DNA of 64,000 nt from Chiloscyllium plagiosum (GCF_004010195.1 NC_057718.1:75736275-75800274), one strand, 5' to 3'; shown: positions 1 to 13,932, counted from the stretch's first letter. A program made the numbers and translations. Notes: a model not told the origin generated them from the letters alone.

Positions 1-48
1 CCCTCCTCTAGCTTATCTCTCCACGCTTCAGGCTCTCTGCCTTTATTC

Positions 49-76
49 CTGATGAAGGGCTTTTGCCCGAAACATC
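49..76 (+). ncRNA. Minimal hammerhead ribozyme core
   Basis: CTGATGA-A-GGGC-TTTT-GCCC-GAAAC-ATC. Confidence 0.7.
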
Positions 77-680
77 GATTTTGCCTGTCCTCGGATGCTG
101 CCTGAATTGCTATGCTCTTCCAGCACCACTGATCTCAAATTCACCTGGACCATCTTCAACACCTCGTTCCCCTTGGACCACTCAGTCTTCATCTCTGGTG
201 ACCAACTTAATGCTGACATCGACTTCAAACCCACCATCTCCCACAGCTACCTTGACTACACCTCCTCCCACCCCTGCTCCTGTAAAAACACTGTCCCTTA
301 CTCCGAATTCCTCCACGACCGCCGTTTCCACTTCCAGGATGAGCAATTCTGCTCCAGGATACCCCAGATGTCCTCCTACTTCCAGGACCATAATTTCCCC
401 TCCTCGTGATCAACAATGTCCTCAGTCACATCTCCTCTATTTCCTGCACCTCTGCCCTCGACCCAACCCCCAAACCCCAACAAGGGTAGAATCCCCTTGT
501 CCCTCACATTCTACCCCATTAATCTCCATATCCAGCGTATCATCCTCCACTATTTTCGCCACCTACATTCAGACCCCAGCACCAAAAATATATTTCTCTC
601 CCCACCCCTATCTGCATTTCATACAGACTGTTCCCTCCATCACTTCCTTGTTAGGTCCACAGTCCACACCAACCCCCTCT

Positions 681-987
681 CAGCACCAGGGACCTGGGTT
701 TGATTCACATCTCGGTCGACTGTCTGTTTGGAGTTTGCATATTCTCTCCCCTGTCTGTGTCGGTGTGCTCTAGTTTCCTCCCACGGTCCAAAGATGCACA
801 GGTTAGGTGAATTGACCATACTAAATTGCCCATAGTGTTCAGGGGTGTGTAGGTTACGTGCATTAGTCAGGGATAAATTTAGGGTAATAGGGTGGGGGAA
901 TGAGTTGGGTGGGTAACTCTTCAGAGGGTCGGTGTGGACCTGTTGGGCTGAAGGGCCTGTTTCCACACAGTAGGGATTCTGTGATTC
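681..987 (+). mobile_element. HE1-like tRNA-derived SINE (5' truncated)
   Basis: Shared SINE body gtttgca-ttctc...ccaaagatgc-caggttaggtgaattg...gggcctgtttccacac. Confidence 0.85.
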
Positions 988-2199
988 AAAAATTTAAACA
1001 TCTGGCACATTCCCCTGCCGCTGTGTGAAATGCAAAATCTGCACCCACCCCTTTCCCCTCACCTCCCTTCAAGGCCCCAAAGGATCCTTCCACATCCGCA
1101 GCGATTTCTTTGCATATCCTCGAACCTCAGTTACTGCATCTAATGATCCCAATGTGACCTCCTCTATATTGGAGAGACCAGGTGCAAGATTGCGGATTTG
1201 TTCAGAGCACATCTCTGGTCTGTATCCCACTTTCCGGTGTCCATCCATTTCAACTCCCCCTCCCACTCTCCCCATGACATATCCAGTCTGCTCCCCCCAC
1301 CCCCACCCCAAAGCCTAAACATGGCCATCTGCAAACTGAAGGAAGAACACCCCATCTTCTGCCTCGGGGAGCCTTCAACCACGTGGCCTCAACATTGAAT
1401 TCAGCAGTTTCCAAATCTCCTCTCCACCCCCCACCTCTCCCCCACCCCACCCCATCTCTGATCCAACCCTCCGACTCGGCTCTGCCCTCTTGACCTGACC
1501 TACCTGTCCATCTTCCATCTTACCTATCCACTCTACACTTCCCACCAACCTATCATAATCACATCCCACCTATCGCCATCTCACCTACCTTGCCCGTAGC
1601 CCCATCTCCCATTTATTTCTCAGGCCCCTTTCCCTCTCCCCAGTCTTGATGAAGGGTTATGCCAGAAACATCAACTCTCTTGATCCTCAGGTGCTGCCTA
1701 ACCTGCTGTGCTTCTTCCAGCGCCACACTTTATCGACTCTTACCTCATCAAATCCGAGCACCATAACCTTCTGTGAAGGTCTCCTTTGTGTATTTCCTCT
1801 AAAATACATATATCCAATTCACCACCAGCACTCAGTGTGGTAGCAAGTTCCAAATTCTTATCACTTTCCTGAGACATCTCTTTACTTGAAAAACCTTTCA
1901 TTCGCTTGCATTAAAAACATACAGAACACAGAAAGCATGCAAATAATATACAGCTGTTGAATCAAATATGTTATTTCTGTGCCGTAACTATTGTATAACA
2001 ATGTAATATCATATACTGAAAGCTTTAGGTCTATTTCATGAAATGGCAACAAACTACCTCAGAATCATGCATGGGGTGCGGTACCCAAGTTGCAAAATCC
2101 TGTAAATAAGCGCAGGGGGTATCAATACAGAGTGTGCTTTGTAGTTTCCCCAATTATCCAAATACAGCTTTATGATTCAGATATTTATTTCCTTTCCAG

Positions 2200-2258
2200 A
2201 TGCGGAATCTTTTTGAAATCCAGCCAGGATTCAAAGAAATTCAAGTATTAGGATCTAG
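2200..2258 (+). CDS. impg1: IMPG1-like exon (SEA1 domain, MRNLFEIQPGFKEIQVLGSR)
   Basis: Acceptor tttcctttccag, donor AG|gtaggt, 59 nt, phase 0 to 2. Peptide resembles IMPG1 [20 protein letters not shown]. Confidence 0.88.
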
Positions 2259-5200
2259 GTAGGTAAACAAAGAAATTAATCATTGTGCTTAATACAGCTA
2301 TACACGTTGTGTTTCAAATTATAGATATCTCAAAATCTTTGCTCATAAATGCTGAGCCAAGAAAGGCAGTGTTCTGGACTATTCTAATTAGTAGTTGGTG
2401 TGAGATGAGTGGAGGTAATCTTAATGAAAGATCTAGTAAACATGGCTAGACACATTTATCTATATTTGATATTACTGTTGTTCAAATCTGGAGACAAATG
2501 ATTCCAATTTCATCTCATTTCACCAGACTTTGCAGGTTATCAATAATTACAGATTTCCTCCTACCTTGATGAGTCTTCACTCTTTTCCAACCTGGAGATA
2601 TTGAAGAACTTGGAATTTTCCCTTGGAAATTCAATTGAACTGATTTAGCTGTTGGTTTTGAAACAGATTCACCATCTTACACTCCTCATTCACACTGTGT
2701 TGAAATCAAAAATGATTAGTCTCCTAATAACTCAATCTTTGAAAAGCCTTTAATAATGTACTTTGCAGCCTTGAGTAGGAGTTCTGATGGTTGTGGTGCT
2801 TGCCTGGTGGCAGGGCTCAGGATGTTTTTAAATGACTGGAGAAGAATTTGGAGAGTGAGAGAGAAGATGCAGTTGTTGTGGTTCAAGTTGAAATTAATGA
2901 CCTAGATCAAATGAGAAATGAAGTTCTGCTGAAGTGGTTTGAGGATGAAGGATCCAAATTAATAAGGAGAAAGGTTAGAATCTCTGGATGGCTACTTGAG
3001 CCAAACACAAGTTCACATAGTTGAAACACATAGTTGAAGACAGAGGCTTCAAATTGATAAACTGGCCTCTGTATTGGATAAAGAGGATTCTTCTGTTGTA
3101 ACTGCTCCATTTAAACTGGATTGGGATAAGCCTCCTAACAGATCAAATAACTCAAGCTATAGATTATTCTTGGAAGACTTGACTCTGTTGTACATGTCAG
3201 CAATGACCTGCTTAAAAGCCTGAGCCACTTGAAACATTGTTGCGTCAACATATCAAGGAAGGTGCGCCTTTCTCTGTAAGCCTGTATTGTGGGTTTCGTC
3301 TCCTTTGAGCTGGGACTCTGCATCCATCTCCACTTGTGTGTTGCATGTGGCTACGGAGAATATAGCTGCTGATGTTAAAAACAAAACACGATGAACATTT
3401 GAGATCTAACATAAAAACAGTAAGTGCTGGAGAAACTCAGCAGGTCTGCCAATGTCCAGACATTGGAACAAAGTGATTTTGATATAGTTGTTATGCTTGC
3501 TGCAGTGGCTACTTCTGTTGCTGTTGCTGCTCCTCTTATGTCATCAGAGATCACATAAACTGCTCCCATTCTGTAGTGAAAGCTGACAGCAGAAAATTCA
3601 ATATCGACAAAGTCAAAACCAGCAAAATTTCTAAAATGTTAGAAATCACCTGCAAAGCAGTAAATTCATCACCTCAAAAGAAATGTTGTGATTATATATG
3701 TTTCATCAGGACATGGCAGCAGCAATACTGTTCCGTTCTTGAAATGCTTTCATGTCTGTCAGTTCCATTCACCATAAACCAAAAACAACCAGCCCAAAAG
3801 CATCCATTCACCACTACTATCAGTTTTTGTAAATTATCCATTTCCACAGCCATGTTGCTTTTTATTCCATGTGCATTTTATCAAATGTTTTTAGAAGGCT
3901 ATGTACGTCACATCAACAGCATTATCTTCATCAAACTTTTCTGTTACCTCTTAAAAGTCTTTAGCAAGTTCAACAAATCCAAGCTAGCTTTCCTTAGTTG
4001 ACCTGCACTTCCCAGGTGACTATTTATTTTGTCCTGAATTATTGTTTCAAGAATCTTCCCCAACAACAAAAATTAAACTGACAGTTTTGTAGTTGCTGAG
4101 CTCATCTTTAGATCTTTCTCAAACAATGGTGTAACACTTGAAATTCTGCAGCCCTCTGGCGCCATTCCTGATTCCAAGATAGATTGGAAAATTATGATCA
4201 GTGCTGTGGTAATTTCTGCTACCACTTCTTTCAGTATTCTTGGATGCATCTGATCAAGTTCATGGGCATTATTAACTTTATGTACAAACTAAGCATTTAA
4301 TACCTCTTCCTTAAACACTTTAATTGAATTACCTCATCTTTCACAATGACCTGAAGTGCATCTTTTTTTTAAATTCAGGACATTTTCCAGTTTCATAAAA
4401 CCAACCTGGGAGAGAGTGTCCATGAAGTTAGAATTCTTGTTCCTTGGGTATTGAGCTGGGCGGCACCAGATTGAGTGCAGTAGTTGGCCAGTGCTAGGCA
4501 TAAGGACAGGAGGGGAGAGGGGTTTCAGTAATCTGACACTGCATTGGTATTTCCTATAAGTGAATAAACCATAAACCAGACTTCACCCCTCACTCCCCCT
4601 AACACCCACTCTCCCTATAAACATTCCCCATGCCACTTCATGCATCCATCCACACTGGATGGTTCTTCATATGCGCATGAGTGGATTGTTTCTGATAAAA
4701 TAACATTTTTATTGATTTTAAACCTCCACCTACATCCAAACCTGCTGCACCTTTGCAATTAAAGTTTTTCCCACAATATATAGATATTGAGTCAGTACAC
4801 AAGACATGTGAAGTTAAATACTTCAGTAGTTCAGAAGAATAGAAAAAACAGTGGCTGAATTTTACCAAAATTGGCATTCAGTTTCAGAGATTAAGTAATT
4901 ATTTCTCACTGTGAGCTCTCAGGCATTATCTCACACAATTCTCTGTGGCTTTCCTCATTATGTATACACCATACCAACTATGGCACCCTGCTTGCATTAT
5001 CATGTGCTCCATAATAGCAGACACACTTTTCACAGAGCATGTTTGCAGAGGCTATCTTGTGTTTCCCAGTCATCTTTATAAGATATTGAGCTTTTCAAAC
5101 AAAGCAACAACATGAGAATTCTCAAGTACATACAAATTATGGCAGATCCCTGGGAATATGGTGCAGTCTGAGATATTATACCAATGATCATAGATGACTT

Positions 5201-6379
5201 ATATGATGATGGACTAGAACCCTTTTCTGTTGATGAAGTCAGCTGCATTAGGATATGGTGCTCTCAATGCAACCTGCAACATTCTATAGCACTGAGGTCA
5301 CCAGCCATTTGGCAAAGCTTACTTCTCGGCTGCCTTGTCACAGAGAAACAAGTTGCAGCTATGTGATCTAGCACAAATTTAATCAGTAACAGTTATAATA
5401 CATTTGTGGATTGAGGATTGTGAGATTCACATAGATCCCAGTTGCATAAAATTTTAACAAAGCCCTGACCCTTACAGCCACCAGGGTAGGATGGTCAACC
5501 ACCCATTCAGGTCTACTGGAACAGCTGACATAGCTCTATGACAGTGTCCCAGGATATCTTCTGACTACAGCAACTTTATGCCTCACTCCCTTCCCCTTAC
5601 TGAATATTCTACATAAGCGATAGACCAAGCCTCTGACTGTTCCCGTTCAACTCCAGATTGATTTTCCATGATTTCTCCAGCCTTATTACATTGGAGCTGA
5701 TGGACTGACTGGAGCCCACTTGCTGACCTGCAGTGATATGGAACCCCTGAGCACACCATGCAGTGGATTGACAGTGTCCAAGCACCAAGCCTGACATCAG
5801 TCTCTGGCCTTGACTGACTGTGGCAGTACCTGTCAACTGATTACCATCCAAGTCCATGGTGACTTCACCAAGGACTAATCCCTTAGACTTGGAGACATGT
5901 CCATTTGATTAAAGTGCATTCACTGTGTTTGCAATGGCACATGCTGTAGATGTGACATTGAAAAATGATGCTGTACAGCAACATGTCCACCACCTTGCTG
6001 GAGCCACCTGTTACCTACTTTGACTTTTGTGTCAGGAATTGTCATTATATAGTTTCTAGCTGCCAATGCTTGGGAGAATAGGAAATTGTAAATGAATGAG
6101 GCAAGATTCAGTGCTTATGACATGCACATACATGCAAATAAGTTGGTCACTGTTTATGAGCAAGATTCTTGTCTCACTATTTAACACTTGATTGAAAAAA
6201 AATTGAATATATAATGTTGAGAATCTGACTTTTCCAGTATCACCATATTTTCTCAACCGTTTTGACTTTCCCTATATCATTCAGCAGCTGGGAAAATTTG
6301 ACTCAGATGTTCTTTAAACAGTGAGAAACTATTAAATTCAGAGAGACAGTTCTGATGTTAGCACCAAAGGAAAGATATA

Positions 6380-7010
6380 CTTACCTGAGAGGAACACAAA
6401 GATGATTGTCAGAGAGGATCATGCATTGAGGAGAGATTAAGAAGACCAGGCTTATAGTGTCTGAAATTTAGAAGAATGAGGGTGATCTAATTGAAATACA
6501 TAAAATTCTGAAAGGCCTGGGTGGGTTAAATGCTAAGAGGCTATTTTCCTAGATGTAGAATGTAGAAGCAGTGACGACAATATCAAGATAAAGAGTCAAC
6601 TATTTAGGTCAGATATAAGTAATAATTTCTTAATAGGTGAAAGTGAGTACTGCAGATGCTGGAGATTAGAGTCAAGAGTGTGGTATTGGAAAAGCACAGC
6701 AGGTCAAGCAGCAACCAAGGAACAGGAAAATCGATGCTTTGGGCAAAAGCCCTTCATCAAGAATGCCTGATGAAGGGCTTTTGCCCAAAATGTCGATTTT
6801 CCTGCTCCTCGGATGCTGCCTGACTTGCAATAATTTCTTAATAGAGAGGATTCAGAATCTTTGGACTTCTCTACCCTAAAGGCCTGTCGACATTCAGTCA
6901 TTAAAATCAACAAGGTAAAATTTATATTCAACACTGATAAATGGGGTCTTAAATCCAAAGAAAATAAAGGATATAGAAATTGGACAGGAAAATGCAGCTG
7001 AGGTCTACAC
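6380..7010 (+). mobile_element. Degenerate CR1 LINE 3' fragment (host of mini-element)
   Basis: tttagaagaatgagggtgatctaattgaaa...taaaattctg (RRMRGDLIE motif). Confidence 0.7.
6637..6828 (-). mobile_element. Penelope-derived fold-back mini-element with two divergent hammerhead cores
   Basis: 16-bp TSD AATAATTTCTTAATAG at 6621-6636 and 6829-6844; gggcaaaagcccttcatca...ctgatgaagggcttttgccc. Confidence 0.85.
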
Positions 7011-7045
7011 ACAAGCACATTATCATCATAGAATTGTAGTCATAG

Positions 7046-7330
7046 TTAGATTCCCTACAGTGTGGAAACAGGCCCTTCAGCCCAACAAGTCCACACCGAC
7101 CCTCCAAAGAGTAACCCACCCACAGCCTTTTTATCTCTGACTAATACACCTAACACTATGGGCAATTTAGCATGGCCAATTCACCTAACCTGCACATCTT
7201 TGGACTGTGGGAGGAAACCCATGCAGAATCTGGGGGAATGTGCAAACTCCACACAGACTGTCGCCCAAGGCTGGAATCAAACCTGGAACTGTGAGGCAGC
7301 AGTGCTAATCACTGAGCCACCATGCCACCC
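7046..7330 (-). mobile_element. HE1-like SINE
   Basis: Reverse complement gives gggtggcatggtggctcagtgattagcactgctgcctcacag (A box) and the SINE body. Confidence 0.88.
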
Positions 7331-7349
7331 AACAGTTGTAGTGTTATAG

Positions 7350-7840
7350 CATAGAGTCATACAGTGTGGAGACAGACCCTTCCGTCCACTTAGTCCATGC
7401 TGACCATGTTGCCAAATTGAACTGGTCCCATTTGCCTGCACTTGGCCAATACCCTCCAAAACTTTTCTATTCATGTACATATCTAAATGTCTTTTAAGTG
7501 TTACAATTGTACTTGCATCCATCACTTCCTCTGCTAGTTCATTTTACACATAGTTCATTCCACTGTGTAAAAAACATTACTCCTCATGGCCTTTATAAAA
7601 CTTTCTCCTCTCACTTTAAAAATATGTCCCATAGTTTTGAACTCCACCACCCTGGGGAAAGGACATCTGCTATTCACCTAAAGTCCTCATGATTTTATAA
7701 ATCTCTATGCACCCTCAATCTCCTACACTCCAGTGAGAAAAGTCCCAAGCTATTTTTATAATCCAAACCCTCCATTTCCAGCAATATCCTGGTAAATCTT
7801 TTCTGAACCCTCTCCAATTTAATAATATCCTTCCTATGTT
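7350..7840 (-). mobile_element. CR1 LINE 3' end
   Basis: DASTIVTLKRHLDMYMNRK, the CR1 ORF2 C-terminus, followed by 3' UTR. Confidence 0.8.
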
Positions 7841-8639
7841 TTGAAAGACAGGCAGGGTTGAAGGGCTTAATTTTTCATTGACTTTTTCTTTATAACTTTT
7901 CTCCTACAATACACTCCAAGAATTTAAAATTACTGCTTCCTGATTGTCACTTTTACCATTTTTATGTTTGGCAGTGTTCTGGAATCTGATCATTCACTGC
8001 AGATTCTCATGTTTTATTTACCTGTTGCTCTTTTATGTCTAAAAATCATATGACTTTGTTTGCTGTGCTCACTGTGCTATGTTGTACACAACAATTTTGG
8101 CTTGGATCAAAAGTACATTTTTATCAAAATACTGCATCACTCTATGCATTTAAGGAGAGTTACCTCTCATGCTCAGTTCTGTAATCTCATATAATGAATG
8201 GTGCGTGTAGTTCCACAACAACAAGGAGAAATTGGTTCTGATGTGATTGAGGAACGGGTAAGATGAGAGCCACAAAATGGGCAGTCTGCATCACCGAGAG
8301 GAGCAGGAAAGGTGAAGACCTTATGACAGGCAATCAGCATCATCTAGAGGTGATGATAAAGTGAAGATTCCAAGGTGGTCAGCATAACAGAGGAGTAGGT
8401 TAAAAAAAGGGATCCTGTGGCAGGAAGACAATAACACAGCTGGATCAGTTGGAACCGACTGGAATTGATTCTTGTTCCAAGAAAGAGAAAGGAGGTAGCT
8501 CTTTGATGAGTTCTCTCCTAAGTGTTTGTAGTCATTTTATTCTTAAATGCTAAAGTTAATAAAATATACATAGTACATCATATGCAAGTGGGTGATATAA
8601 CTAAATAATTCAAATCATTCATGATGACAGTTCAAGTGA

Positions 8640-10085
8640 TGTGTCCTAGATGCAGCATGTAGAAACTATTGGAAACCATTATGATTCAGGGAGCAAATTC
8701 TGGAGTAAGTGTTTGAAGTTTGAGTAATTTTGGCTCAGATGAGCTGGAGACTGAAATAAACACACTGCAACATCCAGTGAGTGAGAAAATTACCTGGATT
8801 CTTTGTGGCAGGAGGCAGCCACACCCCTTATGATAGAGCTTTCTGATCTGGTCAGGGTCAGGTGGGCATGATTCTCAGTAAGTTATGTAGGGAAGGGACA
8901 GAGGACAGGAATGTAGGCGTGTCATTTTCTACAACTGTTCAATCGGTCTGGGAGTCTCTTAGCCTGTTTAATTGAATGCAGGGGCTACTGGAGGATAAGC
9001 AAACTGACCATGCACCAAGTACAATAAGATGTTCTCTTGGGATGAGCACCAAGTAATGTAGTGGTAGTAGGTGATAGTATAGTGAGGAGGATTAACACCA
9101 TTGTCTAAAAGAAAGAGCAAGATCCAGGTAGCTGTGATTCTTGCCCAATGACATGGATCAGGACATTTGCTTAGGGCTGGAAAAGAACTTGCAATGGAGG
9201 GGGAGAATTCAATGGTCATGGTCTGTGTAGGTGCCGATGATTACATAGGTAAGATTATGTGAGAGGTTCTGCATAAACGGTATGAAGAGGTGAACCCTAA
9301 ATTAAAATTTGATTATTAACTGAGCTGTGTGCAAATTCACATTGGATACATAGAATTAAAGAGATGAATACAGGATTCAAAGAAATGGGTTCCAGTCCAG
9401 TGGACACCTGTACTGAGGAAAGTTTGTACCTGAATCATGCTGGGAACTGTGTTCTTGTGAATTGCATGACTGGGGAACTAATAAATAATAACCATAAAAG
9501 GAAATAGTAAATGAATACAATCTGATAGCCATTATAGAGAATGGCTGCAGGATGACGAGGATTGTGTCCTGAACACTGAGTGACTGTATAACATTCAACG
9601 AAATCAGAAGCTAGGTGAAGGTGGAGGGGTACCACTGTTAATCAAGAAAGGCATTTACACAATATTTAGAGATGACCTTCCTTCAGGAGATAAAGTTGTA
9701 GAATTGGTTTGAGTGAAGATGGGGAATATTAGGGGAATGAAGTAACTAGTGGGAGTAGTCTATAGACCCCCCCAAGCTGTAAGCATGACGTGGGAGAAAG
9801 CATACAAGAAATGTTAATTGCTTGTGATAAACAGATGGCAGTAATCTTGGGTGACTTCAATCTGGAATAAACTGGAATAATCCGTTAAAGGGAAGTGAAA
9901 GGGAGAGAGGAACCTAGCAAAATTACAAACATAAAGGAAATGGGACAAAACCAACATGATGAAACTGTTGGCTGAGAATTCTTAAGGTATAGATTGAATT
10001 CATCTTAGGATCCAATAAGGTGTTCTTAATGAGGTGGTAGATGAGTTGGTATTAATTTTACAAAATTTTCAAATTCTAGGAATGT
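8640..10085 (+). mobile_element. Degenerate CR1 LINE: ORF1 SGNH-esterase and APE endonuclease fragments
   Basis: gtagtaggtgatagtatagtgagg (VVGDSIVR), gtgggagtagtctatagaccccc (VGVVYRP), atcttgggtgacttcaat (ILGDFN). Confidence 0.75.
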
Positions 10086-10125
10086 TTCCATGCTAAATTG
10101 CCCATCGTGTTCAGGGATGTGTAGG

Positions 10126-10446
10126 TTAGATTAGATTAGATTACTTACAGTGTGGAAACAGGCCCTTCGGCCCAACATGTCCACACCGACCCGCCGAAGC
10201 GCAACCCACCCATACCCCTACATTTACCCCTTCTTACCTAACACTACAGGCAATTTAGCATGGCCAATTCACCTGACCTGCACATCTTTTGGACTGTGGG
10301 AGGAAACCGGAGCACCCGGAGGAAACCCACGCAGACACGGGGAGAATGTGCAAACTCCACACAGTCCGTCGCCTGAGGCGGGAATTGAACCCAGGCCTCT
10401 GGCGCTGTGAGGCAGCAGTGCTAACCACTGTGCCACCGTGCCGCCC
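10126..10446 (-). mobile_element. Young full-length HE1-like SINE nested in an older + strand SINE
   Basis: Reverse complement gggcggcacggtggcacagtggttagcactgc...gggttcaattcc (A and B boxes); CpGs intact; (ATCTA)n tail. Confidence 0.92.
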
Positions 10447-10579
10447 ACAAATATTTACCCCTGACTAATGCACCGTTAGGTGCATTAGTCAGGGGTAAAT
10501 ATTGGATAAAAGGGTAGGGGTCTGGGTGGGTTACTCTTCAGAGGGTCAGTGTAGACTTGTTGGGTCGATGGGCCTGTAA

Positions 10580-12650
10580 TTCCGCTTACTATCCAACTCA
10601 CTACCCTGTTTCTGCATTCTCTCCATACCCTTTGATCCCTTTAACACCAAAAACTGAATCTAAATCCTTCTTGAAAATGTTCAATGTTTTGGCCTCAATT
10701 GCTTTCCGTAGCAGAAATTCCATACTCACCACTCTTTGAGTGAAGAGACTTTTCCTCACCTTAGTTCTAAATGGCCTACCCTATGTCTGTAAACTGTAAC
10801 CCCTAGTCCTGGACTCCTCAATCATTGGGAGCATCCTTCCTGCATTTATCCTGTCTAGTCTTGTTAGAATTTTATAGGTTTCTATCAGATTCCCCTCATT
10901 CTTCTGAACTCCAGTAAGTATAATCATAAGCGATCCAATGTATCTCTTCATACATAAATGCTCCCATCCCAAGAATCAGCCTGGTAAACCTTTGTTTCAT
11001 TCCCTCTATAGCCGGAACATCCTTCCTCAGACAGGAGACAAAAACTGCATGCAGTACTTCAAGTGTGGTCTCACCAAGGCCCTGTAAAAATTGCAGCAAG
11101 ACACCTCTGCTCCTGTACTCAAATCTTTTTACAATTAAGGCTAATATACTGTTTGCATTCTTCACAGCCTGCTGCACCTGCATGTTTACTTTCAGTAACT
11201 AGTGTACAAGGACACCCAGGTCTTGTTACACATCTCCCTTTCCCAACCTATTGCCATTATGATAATAACCTATCTTCCTGTGTTTGCTTCCAAGGTGAAT
11301 AGCCTCACATTTATCATTGGTATACATTTGCCCACTCACTCAATATTTCTGCTTCCTCCCCACAGTTCACCTTCTCACCCAGTTTTGAGTCATCTGCAAA
11401 TTTAAGTGGAATTACATTTAGTTCCCTCATCTAAATAATTAAAATACATTATGAATAGCTGGTGTCCAACCACCAATCCCTGTAGTAACCCACTAATCAC
11501 TGCCTACCATTCATAAATAAACAGGACTTTTTCTATTCTTTGTTTCCTGTCTGCCAGCCAGTCCCCTAGCTATGTCAGTGCACTAGCCCCAATCCCACAT
11601 ACATTAATTTTACGTGCTAATCAATGGGACCTGATCGAAAGCTTTCTCAAAGTGCAATTCAGCCACATTCACCAGTTTCCCCGATCATCTCTGCTTGTTA
11701 CATTCTTGAAACATTCTGTCGATTAGCCGAGTATGATTTCTCTTTCATAAATCTATGCTAAATCCGCTCAACTCTGTCACTATTTTCTAAGTGCTCTGCT
11801 ATTAATTTTTTTACAATGGACTCAAGAATTTTCCTAACTACTGATGTCAGGTCTATAATTTGCTGTTTTGTTCCTCCACCTTATTTTTTAATAATGGGGT
11901 TACACTATCTAGCTTCCAATCTGTGGAATTGTTCGAGTCTATCAAATTGCAAAAGATGACCACCAATGCACTTGTTATTTCTTTAAAATATCCCTTAAAA
12001 GTACTCTGGGATGTAGATTATTTGGCCCTGGGAATTTATTGGATTTATCCAATTTATTTCCTCAACACCATTTCCCTGTTAATACTGATTTCCTTCAGTT
12101 TCTCCCTCTCACTAGGCCCTGTGTTCCCCAATATGTTTGAGAAGTTAGTTGTGTCTCCTTTGTGAAGACAGAACTAAAATATGTAATTAATTGGTCTACC
12201 ATCTTTTTTTTCTGCTATAACTTGCATTGCTTCTGACCTACATTTGTCCAAACATTTTCTCTTCACATACCTATGGAAGTTTTTATAATAGGTTTGCATG
12301 TTCCCTGCAAGCTTACTCTCATACTTCCCCATTTTATTTTTGTGCCAGACAGGAATGAACAACTTTTGCAGTTCCTCCATCCTATCTTTCAGTGTTTCCC
12401 ATTGTCTATCTACCATCATCCTGATAAATAACATGCCCTAATTTATCCTCATACCATCGCAGTTTCCTTTATTTAGATTCAGGACCCTGGTCTCAGACTC
12501 AGTACATCACTCTCCATCTTAATGAAGAATTCTATTACATTAGGTCACTCTTGCCCAAGAGACCTCACATAGACAAACTGTTATTCATTCCTTCTCTTGT
12601 TACACAATGCCCAATCTAGGATGACGTGTTCTCTAGTTCAATGGTTTCCA
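10580..12650 (-). mobile_element. CR1 LINE ORF2 remnant
   Basis: QVQQAVKNANSILALIVKRFEYRSR; NLIETYKILTRLDRINAGRM. Confidence 0.85.
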
Positions 12651-13169
12651 ACTGATATGACATGGCAATGAGAACTGTCCTAGAACTGCCCTGACATTTT
12701 ATACAGAGGTAAGAAAATTCTGTGTTTCATCTGAAATAACTTAAACCAATGAATGAATTCAATGGACGTCCAGCCACTTTAAATAGGCATTCACAATGAC
12801 TATTGAACCCATTTAAAGGACCTGCATAGCTGATGAGTAACTGAGTCCAGGATTTACCCAGCTATTCCCTTGAATATGGGGGAGCTGCTGGCAGTGATGT
12901 TTGTCCTTGCTGGTACTCTGAGCACCGCCTCACCAACACAGCTATGTCTGCATCTAGTCCTAGCCACCAGTTGCACTCCTTGCTAACATCTTCATTTTGG
13001 AAATCCTTGGATGACTCTGCTGGAGTTTAGACAATATCTGGTGGTGACCTTTGCTCAGGACATTCACTCTTGCTTTCCATTATAATATGCCATCCTTTCC
13101 TGTGATCTGGTCACTCTAAGTCCAAACTCATTTCCATTCCACTTGTTTCAGCCCATTGGTTTTCCCCCA

Positions 13170-13580
13170 TTACCACCAGTCAATATTAGCCTGAACATGC
13201 TGGCACTTAAACTAATCCCTTGTGCCTGCCCATGGTCCATAATCCCTCCATTCTTTGCATATTCATGTGCTTATCCAAAAGTCCCTTAAACACACCTATC
13301 TGCCTCCACCACAAGACCTGGCAGGGCATTCCAGATTCCTACCACTCTGGGTAAAGAAAACTTGCCTTTCAAATCTTCTTTGAACTCCCCCTGCCCACCT
13401 TAAATGCATGGCCCTCATATTAGACATTTCAACTCTGGGGAAAAGATTCAGACCCTCAACCTTATCTATGCATCACATAATTTTATAGCCTTGTATCAAG
13501 TCTCCCCTCAGCCTCTGCTACTCCAGAGAAAACAACCTGAATTTTTCTAGCCTCTCCTTATATCTCATACACCCTATTGC
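13170..13580 (-). mobile_element. CR1 LINE 3' fragment
   Basis: Similar to the CR1 3' end at 39770-40225. Confidence 0.7.
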
Positions 13581-13657
13581 TGGCACTGCCTTGTCCTCTT
13601 CAAGTAGACCCAGTAGGGGTTTGTGGTCCATTATTATTACAGATTTATGTCCATAAT

Positions 13658-13932
13658 GGGTGTCATGGTGGCTCAGTGGTTAGCACCGTTGCCTCACAGC
13701 ACCAGAGACCCAGGTTTGATTCCATACTCCAATGATTGTCTGCATGGAGTTTGCACTCACTCCCCATATTTGCACAGGTTTCCTCCCACAATCCAAAGAT
13801 GTTCAGGTTCGCCATGAGAAGTGCAGGGTTGCAGGTAGAGGGAGTGGGTCTGGGCAGATGCTCTTTGGAGGATCAGTGTGGACTTGATGGGCTGAATGGC
13901 CTGCTTCCGCACTGCAGGGATTCTACGATTCT
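13658..13932 (+). mobile_element. HE1-like SINE
   Basis: ggtggctcagtggttagcacc...caggtttgattcc. Confidence 0.85.

Larger units (their letters stand above)
1..1740 (+). mobile_element. Penelope-like retroelement remnants (pLTR with hammerhead, RT thumb, GIY-YIG, 3' end), interrupted by a SINE
   Basis: DIDFKPTISHSYLDYTSSHP..CKNTVPYSEF; HFNSPSHS..CKLKEEHPIFCLG. Hammerhead-like cores at 49-76 and about 1646-1672. Confidence 0.85.

Noticed and set aside
63..773. 236-aa Pro/Ser/Thr-rich ORF
   Set aside because: Off-frame reading of a C-rich Penelope remnant running into a SINE; not a host gene.
2259..2266. Tandem donor gtag|gtaaac 4 nt downstream of the exon end
   Set aside because: Use would shift the frame; the upstream donor fits phase and homology.
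10380..10446. tRNA-like A/B boxes here and in other copies
   Set aside because: These are SINE heads, not cloverleaf tRNA genes.
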